64,000 nucleotides of DNA from an uncultured beta proteobacterium (GTDB lineage: Bacteria > Pseudomonadota > Gammaproteobacteria > Burkholderiales > SG8-41): contig CAVOUI010000007.1 of the NCBI GenBank assembly GCA_963699525.1, positions 183,665 to 247,664 on the forward strand. The letters are read 5' to 3'. Under the pieces are notes generated by a model that saw only the letters and a list, made by a program, of their open reading frames with translations, was not told where the DNA came from and did not search any database. This document shows, piece by piece, positions 63,132-64,000 of the stretch (its first letter is position 1; each line of letters starts with the position of its first letter). Made by a program: the position numbers and the translations under genes.

Positions 63132-64000
63132 CTACTTGCGGAACATCTGGAGCATGCGCTGGGTCACCGCGAAGCCCCCGAACATGTTGATCGCGACGAG
63201 CGCAATGCTCACCACCGCCAGGCCGACGATCCAGCCGACGGGGCGGTCGGCCGCCTCGGCGACCGGGGGCGCCACCTGCACCAGCGCGCCGATGGCGATG
63301 ATGCTGCTGATGGCGTTGGTGACGCTCATCAGCGGCGTGTGCAGCGCGGGCGTCACGTTCCAGATCACCATGTAGCCGACGAAACAGGCGAGCACGAACA
63401 CGGTGAAGTGGGCGAGGAACGCGGGCGGCGCGTAGGCGCCCATGAACCAGAAGGCAGCGGCAGCGACAACGAAGAAGATAGCGGTCGCCCGGGCGGGCGT
63501 CGGCGCCCCTGCTCCACCGTGGCCGTGCGCTTTGGCCGGCGCCGGCACGGGGGGCTTCGCGGCGGCCTTTGCCGGGGGCGCCGCGGAAAGCTTCGGCGCG
63601 GGCGGCGGCCAGGTGATCGAGCCGTCCTTCACCACCGTGGTGCCGCGGATCACCTCGTCTTCCATGTTGACGTTGATGACGCCGTCCTTTCTTCTTGCAG
63701 AGCTCCTCGGTCAGGCGAAGCAGATTGGTCGCGTAGAGCGTGCTCGACTGCCGGGCGAGGCGGCTCGGCAGGTCGGTGTAGCCGATGATCGTGACGCCGT
63801 TCTTGACGACCACCTTGCCGGGCTCGGTCAGCTCGCAGTTGCCGCCCTGCTCGGAGGCCAAGTCCACGATGACGCTGCCCGGATTCATCGAGCGCACCAT
63901 GTCGGCGGTGATCAGCTTGGGCGCCGGCCGGCCGGGGATGAGCGCCGTGGTGATGATGATGTCCACTTCCTTCGCCTGCCTGGCGAAGGTCTCGCGCTGC
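63132..64000 (-). pseudogene. pntA: NAD(P) transhydrogenase subunit alpha PntA (N-terminus outside window), one frameshift
   Basis: The upstream frame reads ...[43 protein letters not shown]...LTEELCKKK. After the TTT run at 63688-63690 the frame reads [19 protein letters not shown]..., followed by a Pro/Ala-rich linker and 4 TM helices ending ...[11 protein letters not shown]. Confidence 0.85.

Noticed and set aside
14940-63700. The frame breaks as programmed ribosomal frameshifting or phase-variable contingency loci.
   Set aside because: The runs are only 2-4 nt long. There is no slippery heptamer plus stimulatory structure. The breaks hit unrelated metabolic and housekeeping genes at arbitrary positions. 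Sequencing error, or less likely recent decay, explains them better.
61405-63966. 853-aa minus-strand ORF that could be read as one giant gene spanning pntA and pntB.
   Set aside because: Only its first 90 or so residues are genuine PntA sequence. After the frameshift at about 63690 it continues as an out-of-frame shadow of pntA and pntB. The true genes are 63132..>64000 and 61707..63119.
1-64000. Search for CRISPR arrays, tRNA/rRNA genes, IS elements, integrases, prophage or known defence-system genes.
   Set aside because: I found no direct-repeat/spacer periodicity and no tRNA-like T-arm sequence outside coding regions. The GGTTCGAGTC-type matches I saw lie inside CDSs. I recognised no transposase, integrase, phage structural, nuclease-helicase or toxin-antitoxin signatures in any frame. 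This scan was by eye and cannot exclude small ncRNAs.

Overview
This is a very GC-rich bacterial chromosomal segment. The queG / tsaE-amiC synteny and the large number of Bug/TctC solute receptors suggest a Burkholderiales-like betaproteobacterium, but that is inference only. About 70 genes are packed tightly.

The main feature is 14 paralogous Bug/TctC-type periplasmic solute-binding proteins, with no TctA/TctB membrane partner in the window. They are scattered through long co-directional catabolic clusters:
- **10.9-22.3 kb, minus strand:** a cobalt-type nitrile hydratase operon (alpha, beta, accessory) extended by cupin, Gfo/Idh/MocA, CMD, Rieske oxygenase, MmgE/PrpD, an NHL beta-propeller protein, an MBL hydrolase and a dehydrogenase.
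- **28.0-41.1 kb, minus strand:** a LigB-type extradiol dioxygenase, an aldehyde dehydrogenase, two divergent DapA-like proteins, ornithine cyclodeaminase, a HAD dehalogenase, an amidohydrolase and a DUF2339-like membrane protein.

The 3' third is housekeeping or envelope related: an OmpR-type regulator and a hybrid histidine kinase, DegP, queG, tsaE, amiC, a nuclease and pntAB.

I found no rRNA, tRNA, CRISPR array, transposase, integrase, prophage or recognisable defence system. I found no DNA-binding transcription factor before 49.5 kb.

About 23 single-nucleotide frame disruptions, mostly in 2-4 nt homopolymers, break 17 otherwise intact genes. Thirteen of them fall in 31.7-38.9 kb. I read these as most likely sequence or assembly errors rather than decay, and this needs read-level checking.

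Nothing here is a clearly novel system. The most unusual candidates are:
- a DUF2339-like polytopic membrane protein translationally coupled between two Bug genes;
- two unknown proteins translationally coupled to DegP behind a hybrid kinase;
- a Cys/His-rich secreted mini-protein paired with an outer-membrane barrel;
- a tandem DapA-like pair in which one copy lacks the Schiff-base lysine;
- an unannotated 46-aa four-cysteine ORF;
- a strikingly AT-rich promoter-like island inside tsaE.

Many long ORFs in the supplied track are GC-driven shadow frames and were ignored.
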